The notes: a model not told the origin generated them from the letters alone. 64,000 nucleotides of DNA from Gonapodya sp. JEL0774 (GCA_027604505.1 JADIIX010000003.1:186001-250000), one strand, 5' to 3'; counted from the first letter of the stretch, positions 1-13,347 are shown. A program made the numbers and translations.

Positions 1-883
1 CTTCCTCATCAACACGGAGAGAAGAAATCGAAACAGTTCCTGATGTCTGTCTGCTCTTAGATGTTCCCAACTTGCCCGGTATTGCCGCTTGGGCTCAGAA
101 AGGAATCGCTGGGCGCGGAGTTTTGCTGGACTACCGTCGTTGGGCTCTGAAGAACGGGATCGAATATTCTCCGGGAAGCAACCACGAGATCACCCTCGAG
201 AATCTGAAGAAAGTCGCAGAAGACGAAGGTGTTACCCTCAAAATCGGAGACATCCTGCTCATTCGCTCTGGATGGATCGAGTGGTACGAAAGTCTTTCAG
301 CGGAGGAGAAAACAGCGTACGCTGCATCTTCAGGTACCGACATACAGATCGTTGGTTTGGAGAACACCATGGAAATGGTACAATGGCTATGGGATTCACA
401 CTTCGCGGCTGTTGGGGGCGATCAAACGGTAACTTAGATTGAGTCTTTCAGGGATTTCATCACTGGCTTTACGTAATCCTTCCATCCAAACAGGCTCTTG
501 AGTGCTGTGGTCCCCTTGCCGAAGGAAGCAAGTCCGTTAGGTGGCTTCTTCACTTGCATCTTCTTTCTCAGTGGGGCTCTCCGATCGGCGAGGTAAGACG
601 CCGGTGGTGCGGAACTACGACTACCGATTGTTCCCTGACATTAGCACTGATTCACCTGCACTGATTCACGTTATAAAAGATGTTTTTCCTCGACAAGCTT
701 GCGGCAGCTTGCGAAAAGAACAAGAGATGGGAGGTGAGTTGGTCCACTCTTTATGTTTGTTTCTCCTGTCACTATCGGGGATCCAAACACATTCTCGATG
801 CAGTTCTTCTTCACGTCAGCGCCATTGAACAAGGATCACGGGATTGCGTCGCCGCCGAATGCGTTGGCAATTCTGTAGGATAA
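1..883 (+). CDS. Putative cyclase / kynurenine formamidase-like metal-dependent hydrolase (3' part, multi-exon)
   Basis: GIAGRGVLLDY, GDILLIRSGW and WLWDSHFAAVGGD in ORF 72-437; LDKLAAACEKNKRWE in ORF 680-883; separated by GT-AG introns. The 5' end lies outside the window. Confidence 0.8.
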
Positions 884-1250
884 TCCTTTTTGAAGAATTG
901 AATGGAGGAAGAAATCGTCTTTTGTGTCAAACGAACGCATCTAATAATCAATTCATTGGTACCATTCGGTCCTGTTCGGCTTTCAAACATGGCAACCATC
1001 CTTTTGATTTGATAAACATGTTGTTAAAGACTGCTCCAGCGGATCAAATCAAATCAAAGAACGAACAATGACATATGATGACATTACTGGTGGTGCGCTG
1101 TGCCACAGTTCAACTTCATTTTTTCTCCCCTCCCAACAAATTCTTCTCTCGCAATGTTTCGATTCTTCTCTCGCGAGTTGATTGATACAGCCATCAAGCG
1201 TCTTAGAAAGACCTCGAGTGCACTTTTTGAACTGAGAGCCTTCGCTCATC

Positions 1251-1596
1251 GCGCCACACGCGAAGAATCGCCCACGAAGCGTAACAAACGGGAGGTTGAC
1301 TGAAAGGTCCCTTCATAAAAGCTTTGGGGAAATTCCTCGGACCGCCGGCAGAGAGTGTCGTCGCTAGTGCGAGTCGCCGTGTAGTCCTGCTTGTCGCTGG
1401 TTGGACTCCTCGTTCCACTGAGACGCCCCGCGGGGGTTGAGTGGTGAGCTCCCGGCTGGGTTATCGGCATGCGTTATTTGGCACACTGGCGTTTGTCATA
1501 CCTGACAGTTATGCGATTGCTGGGATGAGGGTGCTGCCCGCAAGGGATTGCGCTTTCGTCCTGGAAACACAACGAGGATTACTCTCGCAGTGGCGC
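1251..1596 (+). ncRNA. RNase MRP RNA
   Basis: GGGGAAATTCCTCGG (1326-1340) pairs with CGAGGATTAC (1573-1582) to form P4. P8 hairpin CGGCA-GAGAG-TGTCG (1346-1360) has the MRP-type GARAR loop. P1: GCGCCAC..GCGA (1251-1263) with TCGC.GTGGCGC (1585-1596). P2: AATCGC (1266-1271) with GCGATT (1513-1518), preceded by a CR-IV-like AGTTA. Confidence 0.88.
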
Positions 1597-1625
1597 CCCA
1601 TTTGAATTCTGCTCTCTTGGTCTTT

Positions 1626-1659
1626 CTTCGTGGCGAAAGCCACAAGACGCACCTTTTTT
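1626..1659 (+). terminator. GNRA-capped hairpin followed by a T6 run; possible Pol III terminator / 3' trailer of the MRP RNA gene
   Basis: GTGGC-GAAA-GCCAC at 1630-1643, then TTTTTT at 1654-1659. Confidence 0.4.
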
Positions 1660-1739
1660 ATTAAAAATAAAACCAATGAAATTCAGAAAAACAAACTACA
1701 AAGGTTCAAGGTTTCTTTTGACAATGCAATGCAGCGCAT

Positions 1740-4037
1740 TCATGGCGTCGACGTAGTTCCACCGCTCTGCCCGACAGTTCTACCAGGATTCCCAATTCTT
1801 CCCCTCAAACACTTACTCTCCAAGCCTGCGTCCACCTGATTTCCACTTTTTATACTCTTCATTCAAGAAAACTGAAGCTACAAAGCTCGATAAATGAGCT
1901 CTGGGCTATATGGCACATTCATGTTCGACTCAGCTCAAAACAGTACCAGACAATGTGTTCAAAAACTCACCCCGCGCAAGATATCGTACCCATGGTGAAC
2001 GCCTGGGAACTCAACGTAGTGTGTCCTTATTCCCTCTGTCCTGCTCGCCTCCACAAACTTCCTCACACTCGTGGTCGGTACTAAGGTGTCCCACGTTCCC
2101 CTTTAATGGCACCATTGAGAATGTGTAAATCCAAGAGCAAAGGTGCTTTGAAGTCAATTGACTAACTGGAATACGAGCATTGGTGCCACACCGCGCTCCT
2201 TGAGTCCTCCTGACACGATGCCAAGGGGACTTGCATTCTGCCTCAACCACTCTACAGACCACCTTCCCCCCGCCACAACTTGGCTCCAGAAGTGGACGAA
2301 TGTGGGTGTGGCTGCGGTGCGTGTGTCGTCGGTTTGGCTGGTGGGAATATCGTTTCTCTCCATCAATATCGCACCCAAAGAACACGCGAAGTCTCTTCTT
2401 ACTTACTCCACTGATGGATAAAAAGGCACGCACGCGTTTAACGTCGTATCCACATCTTCAAACTCAGGTTGAAATATCCTCCTGTTCGGGGTCAGCCCCG
2501 CAAGCGCCGCAAGATGGCCGCCAGCGGAGCCACCGCTGATGGCCACAAATTGAGGGTCACCGCCATACTGGTGGTGAACACAATTGTAGAGATCACGATT
2601 GGAGCATGAAAAGAGCATGACGAAGTTCAGCGGCTCACTTACATTCCGAATGTTTTGTCTGACCCACCGTATAGCACGCTTCACGTCCATTATATGGTCC
2701 GGGAATATCGCTGGAGTATCCCCACGCGAGAGGCGATAGTTCACATTAACCACCACCTGGTTTTGAAGGGACTTCTTCGTAATTTTTCGATTGAAACCCC
2801 AGAAAACTTGTGGAACTGACCCATCCATCTCGTACAAGATCGGTCACGATGGTTGAAGTGGGATATTTCTTATCTCCGAACAGCCAAGCTCCTGTCTCGA
2901 ATATAAATTTTGAAGACTTGGAGTAGCTTCCTGTTCAACCACACATGCTCACCACCATGCACGTAAATCTTTAACACCAAAAACAATCCACAAAGTCAAC
3001 GAAGGAGCCATTAGGTAAACATTTCCAACACACTCGACCACCCTTAATCAGCCCCCGTGTGTACCTCTCCACCCACCAGAACGGGCCGTCCGTTTTCGTA
3101 CCCCTCTCGCTTGTTCCTCCTGCATCCGATGTTCTTTGTACCTCGGGGTATGTACACGTCGAGTGAATTGCGTTTGATGAGCCAGGCTCGGTCGCCCTAC
3201 GAAGATGGCACGGAATCGCTCGAGAGATGTGATGAGCAGAAACGGGTCCCAAGCTGTGGCTCCAAGGCCGGTTCACCTGGGCCTCTACGCAGTACGCACC
3301 GGAGTAAACCTCAACTCCTCTTCCGTTGCGTAACAGATGTCATAGTAATTCTCCGAGCCGCCACCATCCAGCGCAAGTGACAAGAGATCCCGAATCCAAC
3401 GCCAGCACATGAGCTCGAAATTGTACGGGATGCGGGGAAGCTGAACCAAAAATTAGGCATGAGGTGAGTGTGACGCGTACGCAATCATCACAACGCACGG
3501 TCTTCCGTTCTCCCACGATCCCCCGCACGACCTTCCTCGCCTCGTATCGCGCCGCCACAATCCTTCCCACAAGCGGTCTCAGCATCACCACATTACTTGC
3601 GGATATGAAGGACGCGAGGTAAAACACGGGTGAAATCCAGCCGGCGAATGCGAAGTCCCAGAACGTGAGCGAGGCTTCGAGGACGAGGAGAAGGTGGGCG
3701 TATTCGCAAACGAAGCCACCGAGTATCCATCTTTGAGGGGAAAGTCGGTGGTTGTCGGTGCCGGGGAATAATTGGCATGGGTATGTGATGATGAGCTGGG
3801 CACTGTCAGTGCCCAAATTGATTTGCGTACTCAAAGTTCCGGAGCAGACGATTCTGTCTCGCTCGAGGAAAGATATTAAGTCCCTGATACGTAGCTACGG
3901 TGATGAAAGAATCGCGGCCAGCAGACAGTCAGAATGGATCTCTCGTCAAAGAGGAGAGCAGAGAGAACTGACATACCAAACAACAGTCCCGAGTCCACCA
4001 TGGAGAAAAACAAGTGAGGGATCGAGAAAATGACCAT
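1740..4037 (-). CDS. Alpha/beta hydrolase (HSL-like esterase/lipase) with hydrophobic N-terminus, multi-exon
   Basis: YVHGG oxyanion motif near 2955; VNYRLS...FPDHIMDVKRAIRWVRQNI; YGGDPQFVAISGGSAGGHLAALAGLT (GxSxG nucleophile elbow). Confidence 0.85.
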
Positions 4038-4326
4038 AGTCGTGATTGGATCGAGTCGCAGTAGTGGAATGAAATTTGGCAAGGACCACATGGGATTGAA
4101 GGGAAGCACATGCCGTCTTTGAAGGGTACTTGCGGACGAAACCTTGGCCGCCAAGGCTGGGACATGTGATTACTTCGAGCCAATTTGCAAAATGAAATTG
4201 AATTAAATTTTGAAACATTACTCGCCATTTGCTTGAATGTTGGTGGGTATTCACGTGGTACTGATCTTGGTGATACGGGACGACTTTCCCAGCTTCGTCA
4301 AGTGCGTGCCCAACTGGCACACAATG

Positions 4327-5368
4327 TTAAACATCCTCCATCTCCTCCTCTTCTGCCTCCCCTTCTTCTTGTCCCTTCCTCTTCCCCATCACCATACCGC
4401 TACTCCCACTCCCAACCCCAATACCCACCGCCCCCATCCCCGCCTCCCTCAGACCAGTCTCACCAAATATACCCGCCGTCTTGGCCGCCTCTAACAGCTC
4501 GACCACATCTCTCACTCCCCTCCTCACATATGCCCACCGCCTGGCGTCGTTCTCCCACCGTGCCTCTTGGGCGTACAGATTGGCGCGATAGGGTAGCGAG
4601 AGGTCAGGCGGTATAGCCATGGAGGTGAGGTGAGTAAAGGAGGTTCGTAGTTGTTGGCGAATGAGCTAAATGGATCCTTAATGAGCGAGCGCGGCACGGA
4701 GGAAACAGAACTGAAAGTAGACTCAAGCCCATCTGCCCCAGTCTGTCCAAAATAGAATTGACCAGCGGGACTGATTGAAAGAAGGTAGACTTGAACACCA
4801 AATGCGGATTTGGGCTGACAAAACCCGATCCAAAAGGACATAACACTTCGCCATTATTGCCACTTGAGCAGCTTGTAGCCGCCAAAACTCTGAAAAGGAG
4901 AGCACAAATAAAGAGCAACTCACAGTCAACAACTGGAAAAACCTCTCGGCATGCTCGTCAAATTGTTCTCCCGTCTTCTCTACATCCTGGAGGGTTGGGT
5001 CCTGAATCTTGTCCGGGTTGAGACCGTCAGCAAGGACGGCAATCGCGGTAGAGGCTTCCCGGAGGAGGAGCACGACGGCCTGATCGGATGAAGGTTTTAG
5101 TGAATATCCACCGTGATCCCTGGTCCACTCGACTTTCTGGTTCCACTCACACTCTCCACCTGACCGTGAGAATCCACATATTCAGGGTAGTGATCGCATC
5201 GACATCGATACGAGAGGCAAGTTGCCGATGTTTTAAAGAAAAGGTGAAGCATGCGTTGTTTGACAGCGATGGCGAAGCAGGGTGAAGACGAAGTCCACAA
5301 CCATATGAACTGGCGAAACGGTGCTCACCCTGTGCAAATCCTCCATCATTTCTGATGGATCTCGCGCC
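4327..5368 (-). CDS. Possible Mediator subunit Med11-like helical protein (start uncertain)
   Basis: LLLREASTAIAVLA...FDEHAERFFQLLT and LPYRANLY...RWENDARRW resemble Med11 helices; acidic tail; GT-AG introns. Confidence 0.4.
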
Positions 5369-5520
5369 ATCTTCAGATGAGTTCGGATGCAATCAAGTCA
5401 ACGTGAATTTAGGTCAATAAAGATTGTGATCGCTGTGCTCGGCGGGCAAAGGCACAAGGCAATTAATTATATGTACCACAATCACGAAAAGCCATCCTCA
5501 GTCTCTCGCCACATTCCGCA

Positions 5521-6608
5521 ATGAGTGGACTCGCGTGTATTCGAATGCGGATACAATCATCGCGTGATTGGGTCAGCGTGACGTCACTCGCCCCCAACTC
5601 TCCGTCTCAGCTGTCTCCCACTTCACACACCAGGACTTCGATTCTGGGGCACACGTTTCAGTCGTCCCCTCCCTCTTTTTCCTTACCGTTATATCCTATC
5701 CCCTCCTCCCTCCCATCCCTCTGTCGCTTCTACTCGCGCTCCAGTCAACGTCATCCAACTCCAAACCTCATTTCTGTATCACCCCCCTCCTGGCTGCCCC
5801 CCCTTGCTCACTTCTACTCTCCACTAAACCCAAACTACCTCGCGAGGATCGCAAGGGGCATGGATAAGGGGTTTGGTAGCACTCTCGGCGTCCATCTTGT
5901 AAGAGCAGGTCCAGGCTGGCTTGAACTAGGGTTTCTCGCCAAGAACGCCACATCGCAGCCGAGTGGTGTGTATTGGCGGCTTTGGAGCAAGCATTCCATT
6001 TTAACTTTTATTCGCCCTTCCGTCCATCGCTCCACAGGCTACGTTCACGGTGGCGCCATCTCCGCCCTCCACGATATCGCAAACGGCAAAGCTGGTAAGT
6101 TTTCTTGTTATCTGCAACAGAGATAGTCTTATGCGAAGGACAGATGAAAAGGGCACATGTGCCATACCACTCAGCCTACACCCTAGCCCCTTCAACCCAC
6201 GTTGTTCTCACGGTTGAACTTAAAACCAACATCCTCCGCCCCACTCCTGGATCACACACACTCACATTGTGCCGCGCGCATGTGGTCAAGGGTGGTCGCA
6301 ACATTGTCGTGGGAAGAGCGGATTGTATCTATTGGACGCTGCAGGGAAGGGACGGGGCCGGGGAGGGAGAAGAGTGGATACAGAATTGGGACTGGCAAGG
6401 GTTCTCAGAATTGATCGAGCGGGCGGACACGTACATTACCCCCACTCCTGCCACTTCAATCCCCGCGTCATGTCCTTCACTCAGTACATCCGCTTCAGAC
6501 GACCTTCTCCGCCTCTTTGGTGTGCGGCTTGACAAGGGGAAGTTGGCTAGCACGAGTTTACAGACCTGCATGCTGGTGGAAGGGAGGGAAACGTGGGCGA
6601 ACGAATGA
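5521..6608 (+). CDS. PaaI-family hotdog-fold thioesterase
   Basis: FGSTLGVHLVRAGPG, GYVHGGAISALHD, VLTVELKTNILRP and CRAHVVKGGRNIVV motifs; start codon uncertain. Confidence 0.8.
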
Positions 6609-6812
6609 GTGTGAGTGGGGAGCTTGAGTTGTGGTAGTGGAGTGGCTTTACAATGGCTGGTCGCAGATACCCGAACAGTGGAAATTCAGATCTGAATTGC
6701 ATGGAAGTGTACGTAGAGATAGATACACCATATACAGCACAATCTTCTGAAGAGGACAATGTCCCCGTGCGGATCGCAGAAAAGGAGTATCACTGCCCCA
6801 ACCCCTACATTC

Positions 6813-8338
6813 CTATTTGAACATCTCCTTCAAGAAATCCTCAAATTCCTCTTCCCTTGATTTCTCCTCACCACCGTCGGCCTTTGCGGCAGTAGAAGGT
6901 TGACTCCACACACGGGAAGCTTCAGCACGAGAGTAGTGGGATGAGGGTGCGGGTTGGTCTAATTTGGGAAAGTGAAGAGGTAAATATGAGCGAGCGGGTA
7001 ACCTATGAAAAGAACGAAGACAAAACGTACTTTTGGACCCTCTGCTGCTTGAGCCCGGGTTGTCACTGGATTCCGCTGCCTCCTCTTGCCCGTCCTCATC
7101 TCCATCCTTTCTTCTCCGCTTGCGATCTCTCCCACCATACTCCTCATCTCCGTCTCCATGTTTTTCCCCTTCCTCCCCATCCATCCCAGACCCCGACCCT
7201 GACTCCTCCTCATCCTCCCTAAGTTCTCCCTGTATCCCACCTTCACCTCCCTCTACAACACCCCTTTCCCTCCGTTCCGCTTCTCTCTCTCTCTGCTTCC
7301 TCTCCTTCTCCTTCTTCCAGTTCAACCGTCTTGAGCACCACCTGCAAAGCCTCAGTTTCACTAGCGCGTATTTCTTCGAGCCGGACTCCACGTAGCCAAA
7401 GGGAACTTCCCAAGTGCGGAGTGGGAGGCGCGAGCTTGGGGGTGCAGGTGGCGGATGAACTGAGAGCTGGGAAGAAGAGGTGCTGGAAGCGGAAAATCGG
7501 GCGATGACGGGGTTGGTGAGGCGTGGATGCTGAGATGATTGAGAAATGTCTGAGCGATTTCGGTCATCGCCCCATTTCCTGGCTCGGTTTCCGTCTCCAT
7601 CTCGGTCCTGCTCGCAGTGACGGTCTACCCTCCCGTCCCCGTCCTTGTCCCGTTTGCGAGTCCTGTCCCTGTTCCGTTCTTCCTTCCCACCTTTATGTCG
7701 GCATGTTAAATTCCCACAATCGAACTGCCCTTTTCCATTCTCTACCTCCTCACCGGTCCTCCAGCGCAACGCAATCTTGCCCTGTTTGTAGTACCGTAAA
7801 TCACACAGTGCAAATTCCCGGAATAGCCGGTCATAGTATCGTTTGGCTAGACGGGCTTCCCAAGAGGAGTTGAGCTGGGAGTCGTCATCCGCGGTGCGGA
7901 GGAATCTGGCGATGCAAGTGGATGTGGTGGATCGTTCAGCTGGTTTCACCGAAACTCAACGGAGAATCATCTCCGAAGCTACATGAATGCTCGCAACTTT
8001 GTTGCGGGTATCAGTGTACCAGCCTTACACATCTCTTCCTCGTCCGAGTCTTCACCTCAAACCACACCACAACGCCCCGTCCTTGCCAAAAAAACCCACC
8101 TATGCTGTTCCCTCAAGATATCCACCTCATTCCTCTGCACCGTTTGCCTCATTTTCTTGTATTCATCCACCGTTCGATCGCCGCCATAGAACTTCGAATA
8201 TGCGCTCATGAGTTCCTTATGCGCACTGAAGGCGTCCCCACCTGGATGAACATTGCGGAGAAAAGAGCGGGAGATGGGAGCACCTGGTTTATTGAGATAG
8301 GCGGTGATGGGGCCTGTGTGGGGATATTGCGTGGACAT
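6813..8338 (-). CDS. FRA10AC1: FRA10AC1-family protein (spliceosome-associated)
   Basis: SWEARLAKRYYDRLFREFALCDL, IALRWRT..EV..GKGQFDCGN, LRTWEVPFGYVE.G.KK.ALVKLRLC..C, and C-terminal EEEFEDFLKEMF. Confidence 0.9.
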
Positions 8339-8802
8339 GGAATGTGTTGGTGTTGAGTGAATGTTCACACGTCACTTCATTCCTCTCCTCTTCTTCACAT
8401 TTGAAAATAGTACTAGCTAGTGATTTATACTCCACAGCTGTTGCTCATACTTTCTTCTTGTCGGACACCCATAATACGATTACGTCGATCAAGCGGTGAG
8501 GGAGGATGTCAATAATTATTACTTCTGCGCTAACGCAGCATCATGCTTTGTCTGGTTTGGCAGACGTCAATGTTAGCAGATCGGGTGGGACCGAGTGCAC
8601 ATTCTTCTTGCGTGGTGGGTCACTTTGTTCAGTTACAGACCGAACACGATGAATCCCCACATGCAAACAGCTGAATCCTCTGAAAGTAAAAGTGAATGCA
8701 TTTTCAATCAAAGAGCTTTTGCCGAATGCTCCGTGTTGGTGTTGAGGGGGAAGGGTCCATAGCGAACAACAGATTGATTTATGTTCCCATCGTCGTTTGA
8801 GA

Positions 8803-11353
8803 ATGTCGCGATTACCGACCGCTGTCGCGGTCACAATGCCGCGCAAATTTTTGATGGCGTCGCCATCGCTCTTCCCTTTGCCTGCGGCATCGGCGACCTC
8901 GCTCGTGTCCGGAACTCGGATCCAACTTCAGCGACACTTTTGTTTAGCCGCGCTCTCTCCATACCGGCCATACTCTCCTCTTTTCAACAGAATTTGTCCG
9001 TCTAAGAATGGAAATGAGGACATATACCGACGTTTCTCGCCGATCGCGGTGCTGCAGAGGAGGCCCGTTGGATCTTCACCTGCGGTTTTCGCGAATCCCG
9101 GGGTTCCATCTGCGGGATCTGGGTCAGGAAAAGACAATTCATCCGCATCTACTAAAGTGGAGAAAGACGATGCGCCTCCCCCATCTACTGTGCCTTCTTC
9201 GCCATCGGATTCGCGAGAACCAAAACCACCGGCATCCAACGCATCTCACCCATCATCCCCCACCAAACCCTCTTCCAACTTCACTTCCCACCTTCGCGTC
9301 ATATCGGAGCTTTTGAAGTACATATGGCCCTCGGATAATCCCTCGGTCAAGCTCCGAGTAGTCGCTGCATTGTCACTCCTCGTCGCCTCCAAACTCCTTA
9401 ACGTCTCAGTGCCTTGGTTTTTCAAAAGTGCGGTAGACGCTCTTGCTGGCCTCGATGCGTCCGCTGCAATCGCTTCTGCGGCATCCGCAATCGCCGCCGG
9501 GGCGACACCCACGCTCTTCACGGTGTCTTCCACAGCCGCCATAATGCTACTAGGCTTTGGTGCGGCTCGGCTTGGCTCCAGCCTTGCCGGTGAACTGCGT
9601 AACGCAGTTTTTGCCACTGTCACGCAGTCAGCCATCCGCACATCCGCTCGTAATGTCTTTACACATCTTTTGAACCTTGACCTGGCATTCCACCTCTCTC
9701 GCCAGACCGGAGGGCTTACCCGTGCCATCGACCGAGGCACGAAAGCGATCCACCAACTTATAACCATGATTGTTTTTAACGTTGTTCCCACCATCTTGGA
9801 GATCGGCCTGGTCTGTAGTATCCTCGCTTCCCAGTACGGCGTTCAATTCGCACTGGCTACTGTCGTCACACTTGCAACGTACACGGCGTTCACATTTTCA
9901 ACCACGTCTTGGCGTACAAAGTTCAGGCGACAGATGAACAACGCCGACAATGAGGCTGCTGCACGAGCGACAGACTCTCTCATCAACTTCGAGCCTGTGA
10001 AGCACTTCTCTAATGAGGCCCTCGAAGTTCGTCAATACGATGCCGCTCTTCGAAAATACGAGCGTGCTGCTCTCTCCACTTGGCGCTCCCTCGCACTCCT
10101 GAACGCAGGTCAATCTGCCATCTTCGCCATTGCCCTCACGGGTATGATGTACATGGCTGCTGGTGACGTTGCACGTGGTGTGCTCACCGTCGGAGACCTG
10201 GTCATGGTCAATGGACTTGTATTTCAGCTCAGCTTGCCACTCAACTTTTTGGGGACAGTATACCGGGAGACAAGCCAAGCGATTGTTGACATGGAAACCA
10301 TGTTTCGCTTGGGCGACGTAAGAAACCGGGTAGTTGACAAGCCAGGGTCACGTGAATTGCAGGTCACCCGTAACAAGGGCCTAATGGTCCGCTTCGAAGA
10401 CGTACACTTTGGATATCGTGACGGACACCGAGTCTTGCGAGGACTCTCGATCGATATTCCCTCTGGATCCCGTGTGGCGATCGTTGGGCCATCGGGGTGT
10501 GGTAAGTCAACGGTCCTCAAGCTGCTATTTCGATTCTTCGATGCAGAACATGGGAGAGTATTGGTGGATGGGAATGACATCCGCGAAATAAAAATCTCTT
10601 CGCTTCGGCAACACATCGCGGTTGTTCCACAAGACACTCCTCTGTTCAACAGGACTGTAGAGTATAACATTGCTTACGGGAAGCCCAACGCATCAGCTAC
10701 AAAGGAGGAAATTATGGACGCGGCAAGGAAGGCACGGCTGCATGAGACTGTGGAGAAGAGCTTTGCAGAGGGCTATAACACTGTGGTCGGGGAGAGGGGC
10801 CTGATGATCAGGTGAGACCCCAGTGGGCGGGAAGTTTAAACCATCTCAACTCGATTGTCACCTACTACTCTCTTGTTCTCGCACGGAATTACACTTTTCA
10901 CACTCCCTATATGCACTCAACATGTGCTCCACGGATAACCCCCTGCATTGTATTGATGCGTCCAGCGGCGGCGAGAAACAAAGAGTTGCTCTTGCCCGGG
11001 CCATCCTTAAAAATCCCTCACTCTATCTATTTGACGAAGCGACGTCTTCTCTTGATACTCACACCGAGCGCTCCATTATGGAGTCGGTACATTCACTTCT
11101 TCACGACGGTGGAAGGACAGCGATCTTTATCGCCCACCGGCTGTCCACTGTGGTTAGTTGTGATCTGATCTTTGTCATGTTAGAAGGGAGGGTTGTGGAG
11201 AAGGGTACACACCAAGAACTTTTAAGTGCTGGAGGGACTTATGCGGGGATGTGGATGGCTCAACAAAAGGAAACGGAAGAGAACGAGGCTCCTGAAATTC
11301 TAGAGGAAGAAATTGTTGCGGAGAAGGAAGTTGAAGCTTTGACGAAGATATAA
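8803..11353 (+). CDS. ATM1: Mitochondrial ABC half-transporter Atm1/ABCB7
   Basis: Presequence-like N-terminus; [34 protein letters not shown]; Walker A GPSGCGKS; signature SGGEKQR after an intron at about 10812-10964; [15 protein letters not shown]. Confidence 0.95.
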
Positions 11354-11499
11354 TGTTTATGGGCATTCATAATTCCTGTGCAAGCCATCCGCATCTCTCC
11401 CAAACCCCCACACATGCGTTGAGCTTTCGAGTTTACGTCCTCAGTTTCCCAAGAGGAGACGTGTCCTGAAAGTACTCTTCTTCGTCTTCAAGTCATCCC

Positions 11500-13212
11500 A
11501 TGTCTATTCCACTGGAAATTGGAGTGCAAATACTAAGCTACGTTGGCTACAAGGATCTCTGTACAGTCTCTGGTGGTGAGTTAGCGATCATTGGATGGAA
11601 TGTATTTTCGACACTGTCACAATGTTACGGCGGTCTGTCTCTCCACATTCGAAGTGAATCGAGCATGGAAGCGATTTGCCGATGATCATCGTCTTTGGCG
11701 GGCTGAAACGGCGAGACTCTATCTTACCCCGCTCTCCTCGGGTACTCCGAAAGAGCAGTTCGCAGCCGCCTTCGAATCTGTGCGTCCTATCATTGATTCG
11801 TATCCCTGTATGGCTAGAGCCCATCATAGGCTTGTCGAGTTTCTCACCCAATCAGGGCCAAGCAAATTGGTCGAATCCTTCAACTCGGGTTGCAATTTGG
11901 AATCCCGGGGATTCGCAATAGCAGAGTTTACGGCACAGAACTTGCCGACGATAAGACCCTTGTTGGCTTGGTACTCACTTGTGGACGGACAATCCATGTT
12001 GAACAACGATGAGGAGGAAATGGAGGAGGAACCGCCGTCCCTGTTTGGGTCTTTTGAATGTTATGGACAGGGTGGGCTCGCGTTTTCTGATTTTATTTCA
12101 CTCCAACTGCCGTATTAAGTCCCGCGATGAAATGCAGTCGTCAATCCGGTCTTTTTATCGGCGGCACATGTCCACACTTTCGTTCATCGGCCCACAGGGA
12201 TCACTTTTCTGGTCGTTGGATATTGTCGCACATCTCGCTACGTGCTCTGCTTCGTGGCTAAGGTCCCCGCTGGTCTTGTGCACCTTGTTGGTCACTTCGT
12301 CACAATGGAACCATCAGGGCAGAGGTACGTACGCAAAGCACGTGCCGGAAGCTGTTCCCAAATCTCATTCGAGTTTCTCTCAGGTTCATTGATTTTGGAC
12401 TCTTTGGCGAGTTCATGGAGCGGTTTGTAGACGAAGTCGTCGCCGGGGAACGCAAAGTGGATCCCGAAACAGACGCGATATCCATGTTCAAGCGATCTGG
12501 AAGAGGAACAAGCGTCGCTGTTACGCAAGGGATCGAGGTTCGAGTATCCTCAATTTGCTGTCTATACCTTGGGAATCCAGCAGGACAATGGTCATACGAA
12601 GTTAGCCTGGTGTGTGCAGTCACCATCGCGCTCCTTAGCTTTATGCACCGAACTCAACATGTTGTCTTATAGAAATATCTAGAGGGCGAGTGCCCGTATC
12701 CGTCTGCTCAATTGGAGTCTCGCAAATGGCAGATTTCCTATCGAAGTGGGAAGGTAGAGCGTGTTGAGGGCCTAGCCGTCGTTGGACATCATCCAAAGCT
12801 TTCCCGTGAGTATCGGTTCATGATCTGCCTTTTCGCAATCTTACCTGTTGTTTCATGTTGGCAATGCGACCCATGACAACAAGTTTTGACTCCCACATTT
12901 AGCTATCGATCATACTGCACGGGAAGACAATCGCGTCGTAGTGAATCCAGCGTTTTGTTAGCGGACTTATTCGATCCGTTTCCCGAAGGGTCAGTCGAAA
13001 CCTCTCACATCATGTTAGGTCCCCCTGTCCATTCGAATCTGAAAGTGATTTTCTCCCCCCTATTTTTCTTGCACTCAGAGACCCCCCAGTCTCCATGTCC
13101 GGCTCTTTCATTTTCGTTCCTGGCACAATTCAAAACCCTTGCGGTGAGAAGTTCGAGGTTCAGGTGGCGCGATGGGAGTTTGAGTACCCCCAAAGAATAT
13201 TGGCCGGTGTAG
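11500..13212 (+). CDS. F-box protein with central SMI1/KNR4-like region and C-terminal ApaG domain (FBXO3/SKIP16-like)
   Basis: F-box IPLEIGVQILSYV...VNRAWKRFADDHRLWR; WYSLVDGQ; ApaG-type SVAVTQGIEVRVS, AQLESRKWQI...VEGLAVVGHHPKL, FSYRSYC. Confidence 0.75.
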
Positions 13213-13347
13213 GGTCGACCTCTCGCCTTGATAGCGCATAAATTATAAATTGTATTGGATCGTTGCAAACCAGAAGTGTTTGCTGTGGTCCGTAGTTTGG
13301 CGTGTGCAGTCACCCCTTCATTCGTACTGCGCAATTCCAACACATCC

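Noticed and set aside
1049..1470. Short ORFs on both strands
   Set aside because: No protein motifs; they overlap the RNase MRP RNA and its upstream region.
5578..5587. Palindromic GTGACGTCAC (CRE-like); similar CACGTCAC/GTGACGT at 8368, 48408 and 52911
   Set aside because: Short motifs expected by chance; enrichment cannot be tested by eye, and this copy may lie within the thioesterase CDS.
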